Below are positions 17,489-27,247 of a DNA stretch of 41,746 nucleotides, one piece after another. The notes beneath the pieces are model-generated. The model did not search any database, had not been told where the DNA came from, and saw nothing but the letters and a program-made list of their open reading frames with translations. Source of the DNA: Candidatus Electronema nielsenii (GTDB lineage: Bacteria; Desulfobacterota; Desulfobulbia; Desulfobulbales; Desulfobulbaceae); contig JAGIXO010000004.1 in NCBI GenBank assembly GCA_026122915.1, positions 1 to 41,746 of the forward strand, written 5' to 3'. The translations under genes and the position numbers were made by a program. How positions within the stretch are numbered: position 1 is the first letter of the stretch; each line of letters opens with the position of its first letter.

Positions 17489-17965
17489 ATGAACTGGCAG
17501 GAAGTGTGCGCTGATCCGCGCTTGCATGATTTGCCGTATAAAATTGAACTCAATGAACGAGGGCAAATTCTGATGAGTCCAGTCCGCCTGTATCACTCCG
17601 CCTTTCAGGGGAAAATAATCAAGCTGCTGACTCAGCTTGTGCAATGCGGAGAAGCCTTTCCTGAATTCGCCATCGCCACAGAAAAAGGCACTAAGGTTGC
17701 TGATGTGGTCTGGTGTTCTGATGCGCTGTGGCAGCAAATCAAACATCAGGCGGAAAGCCCTGTTGCCCCGGAAATCTGCGTGGAAGTGCTGTCCGCAACA
17801 AACACGGCGGAAGAAATGCTGGAAAAGAGACGGCTGTATTTCATGCACGGCGCGGAAGAGGTTTGGATTTGCGATCAAGATGGAACGATGCAGTTCTTTG
17901 TTGCCGCCGGAGAAATTGCACATTCAAACATTGTCCATGCTTTTCCGAAGCGCATTGCATTGTAA
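17489..17965 (+). CDS. Uma2 family (PD-(D/E)xK) putative endonuclease
   Basis: AGGAG RBS; KIELNERGQILMSP..H, KVADVVW, APEICVEVLS and Y...GAEEVWI. Confidence 0.88.
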   Translation: MNWQEVCADPRLHDLPYKIELNERGQILMSPVRLYHSAFQGKIIKLLTQLVQCGEAFPEFAIATEKGTKVADVVWCSDALWQQIKHQAESPVAPEICVEVLSATNTAEEMLEKRRLYFMHGAEEVWICDQDGTMQFFVAAGEIAHSNIVHAFPKRIAL

Positions 17966-17989
17966 TTCAAACAGGATGCCTAAACTACC

Positions 17990-19740
17990 TTGTCCTATCT
18001 CGTCCTTGCCCGCAAATCCCGGCCTCAGAACTTCGTTCAGGTCGTTGGCCAACAGCACATCGTCCGTACCCTGCGCAACGCCCTCCTGCGCAATCGGGTG
18101 CCGCACGCCCTGATCTTCAGTGGAGTGCGCGGCACCGGCAAGACTACGCTGGCCCGGATTATGGCCAAGGCTCTCAACTGCGAGAGCGGACAGCCGCCGG
18201 AACCGTGCTGCTCCTGCCGCTCCTGCAAAGAAATCGCTGCGGGTAATTCTGTTGATCTGCACGAGATCGACGGTGCATCCAACCGAGGCATTCAGGAAAT
18301 CCGCGAGCTGAAAGAGAACATCCGCTTCATGCCGGTCATGTCGCGCTTCAAGATCATCATCATTGATGAAGTACACATGCTGACCACCGAGGCCTTCAAC
18401 GCTCTGCTGAAGACCTTGGAGGAACCGCCCGCACACGTTTATTTCATGTTCGCCACCACTGAGCTGCACAAAGTGCCGGTGACGATTCTCTCCCGCTGCC
18501 AGCGGTATGAGCTGAAACGGGTGGCGAGCAACGAGTTGTCCGCTCATTTCGCCTCGCTTGCCAAAAGTGAAGGGATTGCTGTTGAGTCAGCCGCGCTGAA
18601 CATGGTGGTGCGGGCTGCTGGCGGCTCGGTTCGCGACGGCCTCAGCCTGTTAGATCAGTTGTTCTCCTATTGCGGCGAGCAGGTTTCCGCCCAAGATGCG
18701 GCAGAGGTGCTGGGCATGGTTGGCGGCGAAGTGATTGCTGGGACAGCCCAGGCTCTGCTCACGGGCGACTTGGCCGCTGCGCTTGATCGGCTGGAGACGG
18801 TGACGGCGACCGGCATGGACATCAAACGCTTCATCAACGAGTTGTTGGCGTGGTTCCGCGGCCTCGTGGTCTGTCGTGTGAGCAAAGACCCGGCCCAACT
18901 CCTCGACCTGCCTGCGGACGAACTGTCTCTGCTGCAAGAGACCGCCGCCAGCCATTCGGCTCAAACGCTTTTCCTGCTCTTCAATCTGCTCATGGAGAGC
19001 TTGGAAAAGGCGGCTTGGTCGTCGCGGCCCCGCTTTGCCGTGGAGATGGCTTTTATCCGCGCGGTACAGGCTGAAGAGGTGGTGCCAGTGACCGAGCTGC
19101 TGGGCCGTTTGGATAGCATTCTCGCCGGAGTTGCTTTGCCGCAGACGACAGAGCCAGCCGCGTTTTACGACAAAAAAAAACTGTAGTTCCTGAACGCAGC
19201 GTCGCCAAAGCCTCAGAGCCACCGCCCGCGCCGCCTTTGCCGGAGGAAGATATTCCGCATCCGGCAGAACAGCCGCCCTCCCTTCCCCCGCAGAAGGTTG
19301 CGGCGGGAGAGCGTGACATCCGCAAGGACTGGCCAGACTTCATCAAATCGGTGAAAAAACCGTGGATCGCTTCAGCCTTGGAGAAGGCGGCTTCGGTTCA
19401 TCTGGAAAACGGCAGGCTGATTCTCACCTACCATGATTCGATCGAATGCAGCACGCTCAAAATCAAAGAGCAGCGGGCCGAACTGACCGCGCTGGTCAGC
19501 GATTTTTTTCAGGAAAGCCTGAGCGTAGTCTTTGACGAGCCAAAAGCCTGCGGCCTGCCTGCGGAATCCGGCGGCGCGGAGGCGGTGCGCAAGGAGCGGC
19601 AGGCTTTGGTCGATGATCCCTTAGTGGTGTTAGCAGCGGAGATTTTCAACGGCCAAGTTGGTGACATTCGGGTCGGACCGCAGTATAAGAAACCGTTGGC
19701 AGCGGCAGAAGAGACTACCGAGGGTAGCGACGAAGTGTAA
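17990..19740 (+). CDS. dnaX: DNA polymerase III gamma/tau. The zero frame 17990-19186 gives the gamma-like form (398 aa); the full tau-like form (about 583 aa) needs a -1 shift at A9 (19172-19180)
   Basis: YLVLARKSRPQ, GVRGTGKTT, EIDGASNRG, IIDEVHML, ILSRCQ. The -1 frame is open from the A run to TAA 19740 and encodes a Pro-rich linker plus a C-terminal domain ending DDPLV..AAEIFNG. Confidence 0.9.
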
Positions 19741-19759
19741 TCCAAAAAAGGAGCGAGAA

Positions 19760-20068
19760 ATGAATATTGCCGAGATGATGAAGCAGGCCAAGGAATTGCA
19801 GGAAAAAATGGGGAGCGTACAGGCCGATTTGGCGGGCAAGAGCGTTATCGGTTCGGCTGGCGGCGGCATGGTTACTGCGACCATGAACGGTAAGGGCGAG
19901 CTGATTGGGCTGAAGATTGAAAAGGAGATGATCCGCCCGGAAGAAGCAGAGATGCTACAAGACCTGATCGTGGCCGCAGTCAGCGACGGAGCGCGCAAAG
20001 CCGCTGAACTGGGCCGCAGCGAAATCTCCAAGTTGACCGGTGGCCTGAAGATTCCTGGCTTTTCCTGA
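19760..20068 (+). CDS. ybaB: YbaB/EbfC nucleoid-associated protein
   Basis: AAGGAG RBS, MMKQAKELQ, GSAGGGMV and EMLQDLIVAA; follows dnaX. Confidence 0.93.
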   Translation: MNIAEMMKQAKELQEKMGSVQADLAGKSVIGSAGGGMVTATMNGKGELIGLKIEKEMIRPEEAEMLQDLIVAAVSDGARKAAELGRSEISKLTGGLKIPGFS

Positions 20069-20072
20069 GCGA

Positions 20073-20732
20073 TCAGCCCCCTTGCTCGATTTGGCGCACC
20101 TGACGAACAAAGTCCCGGATGCGTTGATGATCCTTGCAGCCGGGGCTGATCTCCACTCCTGAGTTCACATCTACCGCATAAGGTCGCGCCGCTTCCAGTG
20201 CCTTGCAGACATTGTTTGCGTCTAAGCCACCCGCCAGAATGAAATCGCGTTGCAGCCGGAGCGGCTTTATCAGCGACCAGTCAAAGGTTTGTCCCGTGCC
20301 GCCCTCTTGTCCCTTCTGATAGGTATCTAAAAGAAAACCCTGTACATGCTCATTGTACGGTGCCACGTCCTCGGCCCGTAGTTGTGTTCCCACCCGCAGA
20401 GCCTTGATGATTTGGCAGGGCGCGGCAGAATGGCTCAATTTTTCGCAATAGTCAGGCGACTCCTGCCCGTGCAGCTGGACATAATTAAGCGAGCAAAAAC
20501 GAATGATTTCCTCTACCTCCTCGCGGTCTCGATCAACAAACACGCCCACCGTATCAACAAAGGGCGGCAACTGCTTGATGATGATCCGGGCGGTTTCTGG
20601 CTCAACACAACGCGGGCTTTTTTTATGAAAAATAAAGCCCAGCGCATCTATGCCCGCCTCGACAGCTGCCAAGGCATCTTCCAAATTTGTGGTACCGCAC
20701 ATTTTAATGCGGATTCGGCGCACGTTCATCAC
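20073..20732 (-). CDS. trpF: Phosphoribosylanthranilate isomerase
   Basis: IKMCGTT, GFIF..SPR, VQLHGQES, GGTGQTFDW, LAGGL and VDVNSGVE. Confidence 0.95.
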   Translation of the reverse strand: MMNVRRIRIKMCGTTNLEDALAAVEAGIDALGFIFHKKSPRCVEPETARIIIKQLPPFVDTVGVFVDRDREEVEEIIRFCSLNYVQLHGQESPDYCEKLSHSAAPCQIIKALRVGTQLRAEDVAPYNEHVQGFLLDTYQKGQEGGTGQTFDWSLIKPLRLQRDFILAGGLDANNVCKALEAARPYAVDVNSGVEISPGCKDHQRIRDFVRQVRQIEQGG

Positions 20733-21497
20733 TCAGATCGACAGAAAATCGCGCAGGGTTGCTCCCTGCTCTGTGCTGCGCATTAGACTTTCTCCGATCA
20801 GTGCCGCTTTCACCCCAGCTTCCTTTAACCGAAGCATGTCCGCCCGACTGGAGATTCCAGATTCACTGACTACCGGAATGTCTGCGGGAATCAGTTTCAG
20901 GAGGCGGAACGTTGTTTCCAAATCCATGCTGAAATCCTTCAGATTGCGGTTATTGATGCCAATCAGTTTTGCTTCAGCAGCTAAGGTTCTCTCTAACTCC
21001 GCCTCATTATGTACCTCAATCAGCACATCCATGCCGCGTTCTTCCGCCTGCTGACGAAAATCAAGCATCTGCGCGGTGTCTAAAAGGGCAGCGATGAGCA
21101 GAATTGCATCAGCACCATAAACTGCTGCTTCCTCAATCTGAATTGGATCAAGGATGAAGTCTTTGCGCAGCACCGGCAATTCGACCGTGCTGCGTACCAG
21201 CGGGATGTAATCAATCGAGCCTTGAAAAAAATCTACATCTGTAAGCACGGACAGCGCATGTGCGCCGCCCTGTTGATAATTGAGCGCGATTTGCTGCGGA
21301 TTAAAGTCAGCGCAGATCACTCCCTTTGAGGGCGAGGCTTTTTTAGCTTCGGCAATGATAGCCACGCTGGACGCATTGAGTAAAGCCTGCCGAAAGCCGC
21401 GCGGTAGTGCAACAGCGGTTTTCGGCGGACGAATGCCAGAGCGTTTCAAAGCGGCGATTTCTTCCCGCTTGCGGGCGGCGATGGTGTCGAGAATCAT
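20733..21497 (-). CDS. trpC: Indole-3-glycerol phosphate synthase
   Basis: IIAEAKKASPSKG, SVLTD, LRKDF, GINNRNL and VSESGI. Confidence 0.96.
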   Translation of the reverse strand: MILDTIAARKREEIAALKRSGIRPPKTAVALPRGFRQALLNASSVAIIAEAKKASPSKGVICADFNPQQIALNYQQGGAHALSVLTDVDFFQGSIDYIPLVRSTVELPVLRKDFILDPIQIEEAAVYGADAILLIAALLDTAQMLDFRQQAEERGMDVLIEVHNEAELERTLAAEAKLIGINNRNLKDFSMDLETTFRLLKLIPADIPVVSESGISSRADMLRLKEAGVKAALIGESLMRSTEQGATLRDFLSI

Positions 21498-21536
21498 GTT
21501 CAGCTTTTAATTGATCTTGAGAGAAATAAGCAACAT

Positions 21537-22040
21537 TTATACCAGAATCCGGCAGCCACACTCCAGCTTTATACTTACGGAAGACACGTGGCGGACAGCG
21601 CGGTCTCGCCGGACATGCAGCACCAGCAAGGTGAAGGGATCAAAAACGATCACGTCCTTAACTCCCTGCGAGAGATAAAAAGGCGGGCCAATTTCCAAAT
21701 CCTTGGCCTCATAGCCTTTGTTGACCACCTCAATAACCGCTTCGGGAATCATGGTTAAGGCTGAATCTTGCTCCTCTTCGCCCGGTTCTTGGCAAAATAT
21801 GGAGATATCAGGCCGTTTCAGCCCGCTTGGGAACTGAATATAAACATCTACGGCATGGACGCAGGCACAATCCGAGCAGGCTGTTTGCTCTATGCCCTGC
21901 ACGATGCGTTCAATGTGTTTTTGATGGCGGTACACCGGCTGCGCTTCCCAGATGGCCAGTCCGTTGACGATTTCTAAGCGGATACCTAACTCGCTGGCCT
22001 GAAGGAGGGTGTTCGATAGAGTCATAACTTTACGGTACAA
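21537..22040 (-). CDS. Uma2 family putative endonuclease
   Basis: RLEIVNG, KRPDISIF, PEAVIEVV and Y..QGVKDVIVFDP. Confidence 0.8.
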   Translation of the reverse strand: MYRKVMTLSNTLLQASELGIRLEIVNGLAIWEAQPVYRHQKHIERIVQGIEQTACSDCACVHAVDVYIQFPSGLKRPDISIFCQEPGEEEQDSALTMIPEAVIEVVNKGYEAKDLEIGPPFYLSQGVKDVIVFDPFTLLVLHVRRDRAVRHVSSVSIKLECGCRILV

Positions 22041-22097
22041 AAACAGAACGGGTTCTGCAACAGTAGAATTTCGCGCGGCAGTGGCTGTTTACTGCCC

Positions 22098-23894
22098 CTA
22101 TCTATCCATCATTTTAGGAAAGGTAAGATGAAACACGGCTCCGCCATTCGGCCCTGCTTCTGCCCGGATATCACCGTTGTGGAATTTCATGATCTTCTTT
22201 GCCACGGCCAAGCCAATGCCGGTACCTTCTATATTTACATCAAGGCGGTAAAAAAGCCCAAAGATTTTCTCTCGGTATTCTTCTGGGATACCTTGGCCAT
22301 TGTCGGTGCAGCGGATGTGGTAGTGCTGCTCATCGGCAAATGAGCTGATCCGCAAACGGCCACCTTCCTTCTCGTTGCGCACGTATTTCAAGCCGTTGGA
22401 AAGAATGTTCTCAAAGACCTGAAGCGTGCGGCTTTCATTGGCATAAATGACGGGTAAGCCTTGCTCTATCGTTAGAGTGAACTTGGCCGCTTTCAGTCGT
22501 TCCGCTTGGTTGTGGGCAAAATCACCAAGGAGCTGGTTCAGATCAAGCAGCTTCTTATCCATGTCGATCCGCCCTACTCGGCTCAGTTCCAGCAAATCAT
22601 TAATCAACTGACTCATTCGCTCATTGGCCTTAACCACTTTATCCAGCATTCCCATCGCCTGTTCTGCTTTACCTTGGCTGGCTAATTTACGGATGATGCC
22701 AATAAAACCCATGCTGGTGACAATCGGTGATTTCAGATCATGCGAGACCGTATAGACAAATTGCTCTAATTCGTCATTCGACCGCTCTAACTCCTGCTTA
22801 CTCGTTCGCAGAGCAATGTTTTTCTCTTTAAAACTGGCAGCTGCATTCGTGAGATCGCCTAATTCATCTTGAAGTGGGTACGATGGAATTTCTGCATCTG
22901 CCGAGCCAGAAGCCAGCAGCTTGAAGGTTTTGGTCAACCGTTTAAGCGGGATAGTAATGCTCTTGGTGATAAGATACGAAAACAGGGCAATGAAGAGGAG
23001 AAGCAATACAGTCCAGAAGAGCAAAAGCCGCAAGCGAGAACTGACGTGCTGAAAGAGTTGCTGCTGGATGCGCTCTGATTCACTGATCATCAAGGCTGAG
23101 AGTTTTTTCGATTGATACATCGTCTCGTAGGCTTGGGCGGCCATGACTACGCTGGTGAGGTAAAGATAGCCACGAGTGCGCTGCACGGCTTCCAAAAAGC
23201 TGCTTTCGTAGCTATTCAGTACGTTATTAAGTTCTATCGTTTGATGGTTCTGTTGGAAATGTCCAATCAAAGAGCGCGTTTCTTGAATATTAAACAAAGC
23301 AGCTTTGATGAAATCACCGTCAAAGGAATCAAGATAGCGGTAGGCATTTTTTTCAATTTGTAAGAGAGCGTTGAGCATCTTTGTGCATTCGAGCAAGCGA
23401 GTTTCGCCTTCTTCTCGAATCAGCTCTTCAATCAACTGCTGCCCTCTGGTGGCATGAACGCGAAATTCACTTTTCACTAAGCGAGCTTGGAGCTGCCGCT
23501 GCCGCCGCACTTCCTGAAATGCCTCATAATAGGCTTCCAGATGCTTCTTGGCTAAAGTCACTACGGCCTTAGCACCGAGCTGCTCTATGGCTTCGCTGCC
23601 GCCGATGTTTTGCATCATCTTCTGATAGATTACACCAACCTGAGAACCTGACGAACTGTGGCCTTCATAGATATAAATGAGGGCCTGCCGCTGCATTTCG
23701 GCCATCTGAGCAGCAAAAACCATGTTATCAGCAGAGCGGCGACTGAAAAGAACAATTTTTCTGAAATCCGCAGAAAGTCTGGTGAAAGCTCCGTAGGAGA
23801 GCAGCGCAATCATGAAGGCCATTGCGCCGGTGATAACGTAGCCAAACACAATGCGTTTCTTCAGGCCAATAGCACGCAGGAGAAAATTGGTCAT
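22098..23894 (-). CDS. Membrane sensor histidine kinase (periplasmic helical sensor, HAMP, HisKA, HATPase)
   Basis: Two TM segments, HAMP (PL..L...DELGDL), YTVSHDLKSP H-box, ENILSNG, DNGQGI and GTGIGL. Start taken at ATG 23894 behind GGAGG. Confidence 0.92.
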   Translation of the reverse strand: MTNFLLRAIGLKKRIVFGYVITGAMAFMIALLSYGAFTRLSADFRKIVLFSRRSADNMVFAAQMAEMQRQALIYIYEGHSSSGSQVGVIYQKMMQNIGGSEAIEQLGAKAVVTLAKKHLEAYYEAFQEVRRQRQLQARLVKSEFRVHATRGQQLIEELIREEGETRLLECTKMLNALLQIEKNAYRYLDSFDGDFIKAALFNIQETRSLIGHFQQNHQTIELNNVLNSYESSFLEAVQRTRGYLYLTSVVMAAQAYETMYQSKKLSALMISESERIQQQLFQHVSSRLRLLLFWTVLLLLFIALFSYLITKSITIPLKRLTKTFKLLASGSADAEIPSYPLQDELGDLTNAAASFKEKNIALRTSKQELERSNDELEQFVYTVSHDLKSPIVTSMGFIGIIRKLASQGKAEQAMGMLDKVVKANERMSQLINDLLELSRVGRIDMDKKLLDLNQLLGDFAHNQAERLKAAKFTLTIEQGLPVIYANESRTLQVFENILSNGLKYVRNEKEGGRLRISSFADEQHYHIRCTDNGQGIPEEYREKIFGLFYRLDVNIEGTGIGLAVAKKIMKFHNGDIRAEAGPNGGAVFHLTFPKMMDR

Positions 23895-23905
23895 CACTGC
23901 CCTCC

Positions 23906-25165
23906 TTAGGCTAAGACAAACTCGTTCCACTTGGTCATGGTGTATTCATAGGTATCCATGACTGTGTTCCAAATTGCAATGTTCTCAAAGCGTTTGATGT
24001 ACGAACCACCAGTGCGAACCTCGCCGGGCCGCACAGAGATTTTGCCATCAGTACCTTGCAGCGGCTCGGTGGCAGGCTTGCCCTCGTACCAATACTCCCA
24101 CTCTGCCTGTGACATAAAGGGTCTGGAACGCTGGGGATTGGAAATGTAATAGCCTTGTCGGGCGATAAAGGCACCGGGCCAACCTGACAGCCACCAATTC
24201 ATAAAGGCATACGCTGCCTCCTGTCGCTCGTCGGTGCAGGCACGAGAAAGGCACATCACCCCATGCCAAGCGCGGTAGCCTTCTTTTGGGGCGGCATAAA
24301 TGCAGGGAATACCCATGCCGTTCAGCGCACTGACTCCGGGTGAGAACATACTCTCAAGCACTACCTCACCAGAGGCCATCAGCTCGACTGAATGTGGCAC
24401 TGAAGTCCATACGCCCCGAAAATGGCCGTCTCGCTTATGGGCAATGAGAATATCAAAGAGCTTGTCAACCTCTTCTCGGCTCATGTTGCCCATGTTCTTA
24501 AAGTCCATCAAGCCCTTGGCTCGCACTGCCAACGCTAAATCAAATAAACCGATTTCCGGTGAATTAATTATCGCTACCTTACCGTGCCAGCGTTCATCAA
24601 GTAGCCAGCCCCAGCTTTCGGTTTCGTAGGGAATGCCTTGAGGAATAACGCTGGCATTATAGCCAAATGAATCAACATTATGCACATAGGGCAAAAAACT
24701 GATGTGTTCAGTAGGTACGCAGCTGAACGAACCATCTGGCTGAATAAAAAGCAAATTGCAGGGCGCGTCACCCAAACCTAACTTGGCCTTGTCAGAGATG
24801 CGGCCTGTCTTGCTTAGACTGTTGATTTCATCCCAATAGGTGAGCCTGCGGATATCTATTGGCTGAATGGTCTTGGCCTGCCACAGCACCTTGATGCTGT
24901 TTGACCACTGTTCATAGAGATCAAAAGAGGTGGGATCAGTGGAGGCCTTGAGCAACACTTCCGCATCGCCGCCAGGATAAAACTCAATGTTGATACCCAA
25001 ATCATGCTCGGCCTGCTGCCGAATAGATTCCAGCAGCGTAACGTGAGTACCTACCACTTTGATAGTTGGCTTAGACGTGGCTTTGGCAAGCCGAGGAAAC
25101 GCGGTTGCAGCTAAGGCGGCAGCTCCGAGCTTTCCGCTCTGCTGAAGAAAGGTGCGGCGGTTCAT
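23906..25165 (-). CDS. Tat-exported extracellular solute-binding protein (PotD/PotF-like)
   Basis: MNRRTFL twin-arginine signal; DSFGYN, SWGWLLD..WHGKVA, PKEGYRAW and AYAFMNWW resemble polyamine-type binding proteins. Confidence 0.8.
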   Translation of the reverse strand: MNRRTFLQQSGKLGAAALAATAFPRLAKATSKPTIKVVGTHVTLLESIRQQAEHDLGINIEFYPGGDAEVLLKASTDPTSFDLYEQWSNSIKVLWQAKTIQPIDIRRLTYWDEINSLSKTGRISDKAKLGLGDAPCNLLFIQPDGSFSCVPTEHISFLPYVHNVDSFGYNASVIPQGIPYETESWGWLLDERWHGKVAIINSPEIGLFDLALAVRAKGLMDFKNMGNMSREEVDKLFDILIAHKRDGHFRGVWTSVPHSVELMASGEVVLESMFSPGVSALNGMGIPCIYAAPKEGYRAWHGVMCLSRACTDERQEAAYAFMNWWLSGWPGAFIARQGYYISNPQRSRPFMSQAEWEYWYEGKPATEPLQGTDGKISVRPGEVRTGGSYIKRFENIAIWNTVMDTYEYTMTKWNEFVLA

Positions 25166-25297
25166 AGCAGTCTTCTGTTGCACATAGTCTGAAGAACGGA
25201 ATTTTAGAGACAACAGGGCATATTCAGATATAATCTGTACCTGAACCTGAGAGCGAATGCAAGCTTGTTACCTGTCGGTGTTCGTGTTATATGATGA

Positions 25298-27247
25298 ATG
25301 ATGACCAAGAGAGAGAGTTCTTTTAGACCAGATAACCAACTCAGTGCCATGCCTCCTTCTTCTTCGTTTCTCCTGCCCCATTTCCTTCGCAAACTGCCGC
25401 CTGTGCTGCTTGCCACGCTGGTGTTTTCCTTCACGAATGGCTGCGCACACAAGAAAAAGCCTGCTCCGCCACCTCTTGTGCCACCCAAGCAAGCAGCGGT
25501 GATCAAACCCGCTCCTACGGTTAAAGCAGTGCCAGTCATTGGAGAATCTTCGACAAAATCAAAGAATATTGCAATGCCTGTTCCACCGAAGGATGAAAGC
25601 GATCATGGCTGTAGTTATTTCTATTTTCTCTGGGGTCGTCACGCTGAGTTAGAGACCAAGTACGAGGCCGCGCTCGAAGCCTATGAAAAGGCTCTGATCT
25701 GCGATCCTGACGCAGATTTTGTCATCAGCAAGCTGCCGCTCCTTTTGCTGCGCATGGACCGCCGCGATGAGGCTGCGATTAAGCTCAAAGAATATCTGGC
25801 TCGTCATCCAGAGGATACAGCTTCGAGAATGCTTTTAGCTAAAGTGTTCATTAGCGATGGCAAGTTAGCAGAGGCTGCCGAGCAGTACCGCAAAGCGCAT
25901 GAGCTGAATCCAAAAGATACCACGCCGCTGCTGCTCCTCAGTGAGCTGCATTTAGCTGAAAACAAGCAGGAGCAGGCCAAGGCTGCTTTAGAGAATGTGC
26001 TGGCGGTTGATCGTAGTTCTCATGCGGCTCATTTGCTGTTAGCTCGCCTGCTTGCTGCTGAGGAAAAATTCGCTTCGGCCTTAGATCATTACCAGCAGGC
26101 CATCGCTATTACGCCCTCAGGAGGAGTGCAGTTAGAAATGGCTGATCTCTTAGTGCGGCAGAAAAAATACAGGCAAGCAGTCAAGATGTATCAGGCATTG
26201 CTGGTCGAGAATGAGGACAACGAAGAAGCCCGCATCGCCTTGATTCATGTTTATTTAACCCAGAATAAAGAAAAGAAGGCAATGGCCGAGCTGAAGCGGC
26301 TCAAAGATTTAGCCAACAATCCTGAACAGAATGATCTGACTATAATTAAGCTCTGTATCCGCTGGGAGGAATACGCTAAGGCAATGAGCTTGCTGCAAGA
26401 CCTTCTGAAAAAGGAAGAGATGCCCGAAGCCCGCTATTTGCTCGGCGCGCTCCAGTTTCAGGAGAAGCAGTATGAGGATGCGCTCAAGACATTGGAGAAA
26501 ATCAGCCCAGAGGACGAAGAGTACGAAGACGGACTGATTCTCCAAGTGCGAACACTCAAGGAGCTGAAACAGCAGGAGCAGGCGATTCAGTTGCTACAAT
26601 CCGCGTTGGAGGGTGAGCAGCAGCTGGGGCCAGATATGTATGTCTTACTTGCGAGCCTTTATCAGACAGCGGAGCAGGACGAAGCAGTCAAGAAAACCTA
26701 TGACCGCGCCTTGAAAGCGCATCCGGGTAACGAACATCTGCTTTATGAATACGGCCTGTTTCTTGATTATAGCGGGAAGAAGAAGCAGGCGTTATCGGCC
26801 ATGCAGAAGCTGCTCAAGAAGAATTCCGATCATGTCGGTGCGCTGAATTATGTCGGCTATGCTTGGGCTGATGCCAAAGTGAATCTGAACAAGGCCTTTC
26901 TTTATCTCAGTCGAGCCAAGGAACTCAAGCCAGCGGACGGTTATATTCAAGACAGCCTCGGTTGGGTATATTACCGCTTAGGTAATTTTGAGGAAGCCCG
27001 CAAAACGCTGGAGACGGCGGCTCGCTTGACTCCTGATGATGCAGCAGTGTTCGATCACCTCGCTGAAGTGTATCTCGCTGCCGGACGGAAAGATGAGGCA
27101 TTGAAGGCGTGGCAGAAGGCCTTAGACCTGCACGCTAAAAAACCGACTGAGGGAGAGAAAAACAAGAAGCAGCAAGAACGGGAATACCGTGAACGCCAGC
27201 GTCTTGAGGAAAAAATTGACCGTCTGACCCATAAGGAGAAACAATGA
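25298..27247 (+). CDS. Large TPR-repeat lipoprotein (start uncertain)
   Basis: Lipobox-like FTNGC, many TPRs, and C-terminal ALNYVGY...DSLGWVYY...DHLAEVY typical of TPR proteins found upstream of lolB. Confidence 0.85.
   Translation: MMTKRESSFRPDNQLSAMPPSSSFLLPHFLRKLPPVLLATLVFSFTNGCAHKKKPAPPPLVPPKQAAVIKPAPTVKAVPVIGESSTKSKNIAMPVPPKDESDHGCSYFYFLWGRHAELETKYEAALEAYEKALICDPDADFVISKLPLLLLRMDRRDEAAIKLKEYLARHPEDTASRMLLAKVFISDGKLAEAAEQYRKAHELNPKDTTPLLLLSELHLAENKQEQAKAALENVLAVDRSSHAAHLLLARLLAAEEKFASALDHYQQAIAITPSGGVQLEMADLLVRQKKYRQAVKMYQALLVENEDNEEARIALIHVYLTQNKEKKAMAELKRLKDLANNPEQNDLTIIKLCIRWEEYAKAMSLLQDLLKKEEMPEARYLLGALQFQEKQYEDALKTLEKISPEDEEYEDGLILQVRTLKELKQQEQAIQLLQSALEGEQQLGPDMYVLLASLYQTAEQDEAVKKTYDRALKAHPGNEHLLYEYGLFLDYSGKKKQALSAMQKLLKKNSDHVGALNYVGYAWADAKVNLNKAFLYLSRAKELKPADGYIQDSLGWVYYRLGNFEEARKTLETAARLTPDDAAVFDHLAEVYLAAGRKDEALKAWQKALDLHAKKPTEGEKNKKQQEREYRERQRLEEKIDRLTHKEKQ

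Noticed and set aside
14233-17990. Integrative element at tRNA-Ser or ffs
   Set aside because: No integrase and no convincing duplicated tRNA or ffs 3' end; CAGGATGCC near 17972 is too short a match.
19237-19740. Independent 167-aa gene
   Set aside because: TTG start inside a Pro-rich linker with no clear RBS; better explained as the tau C-terminus of dnaX.
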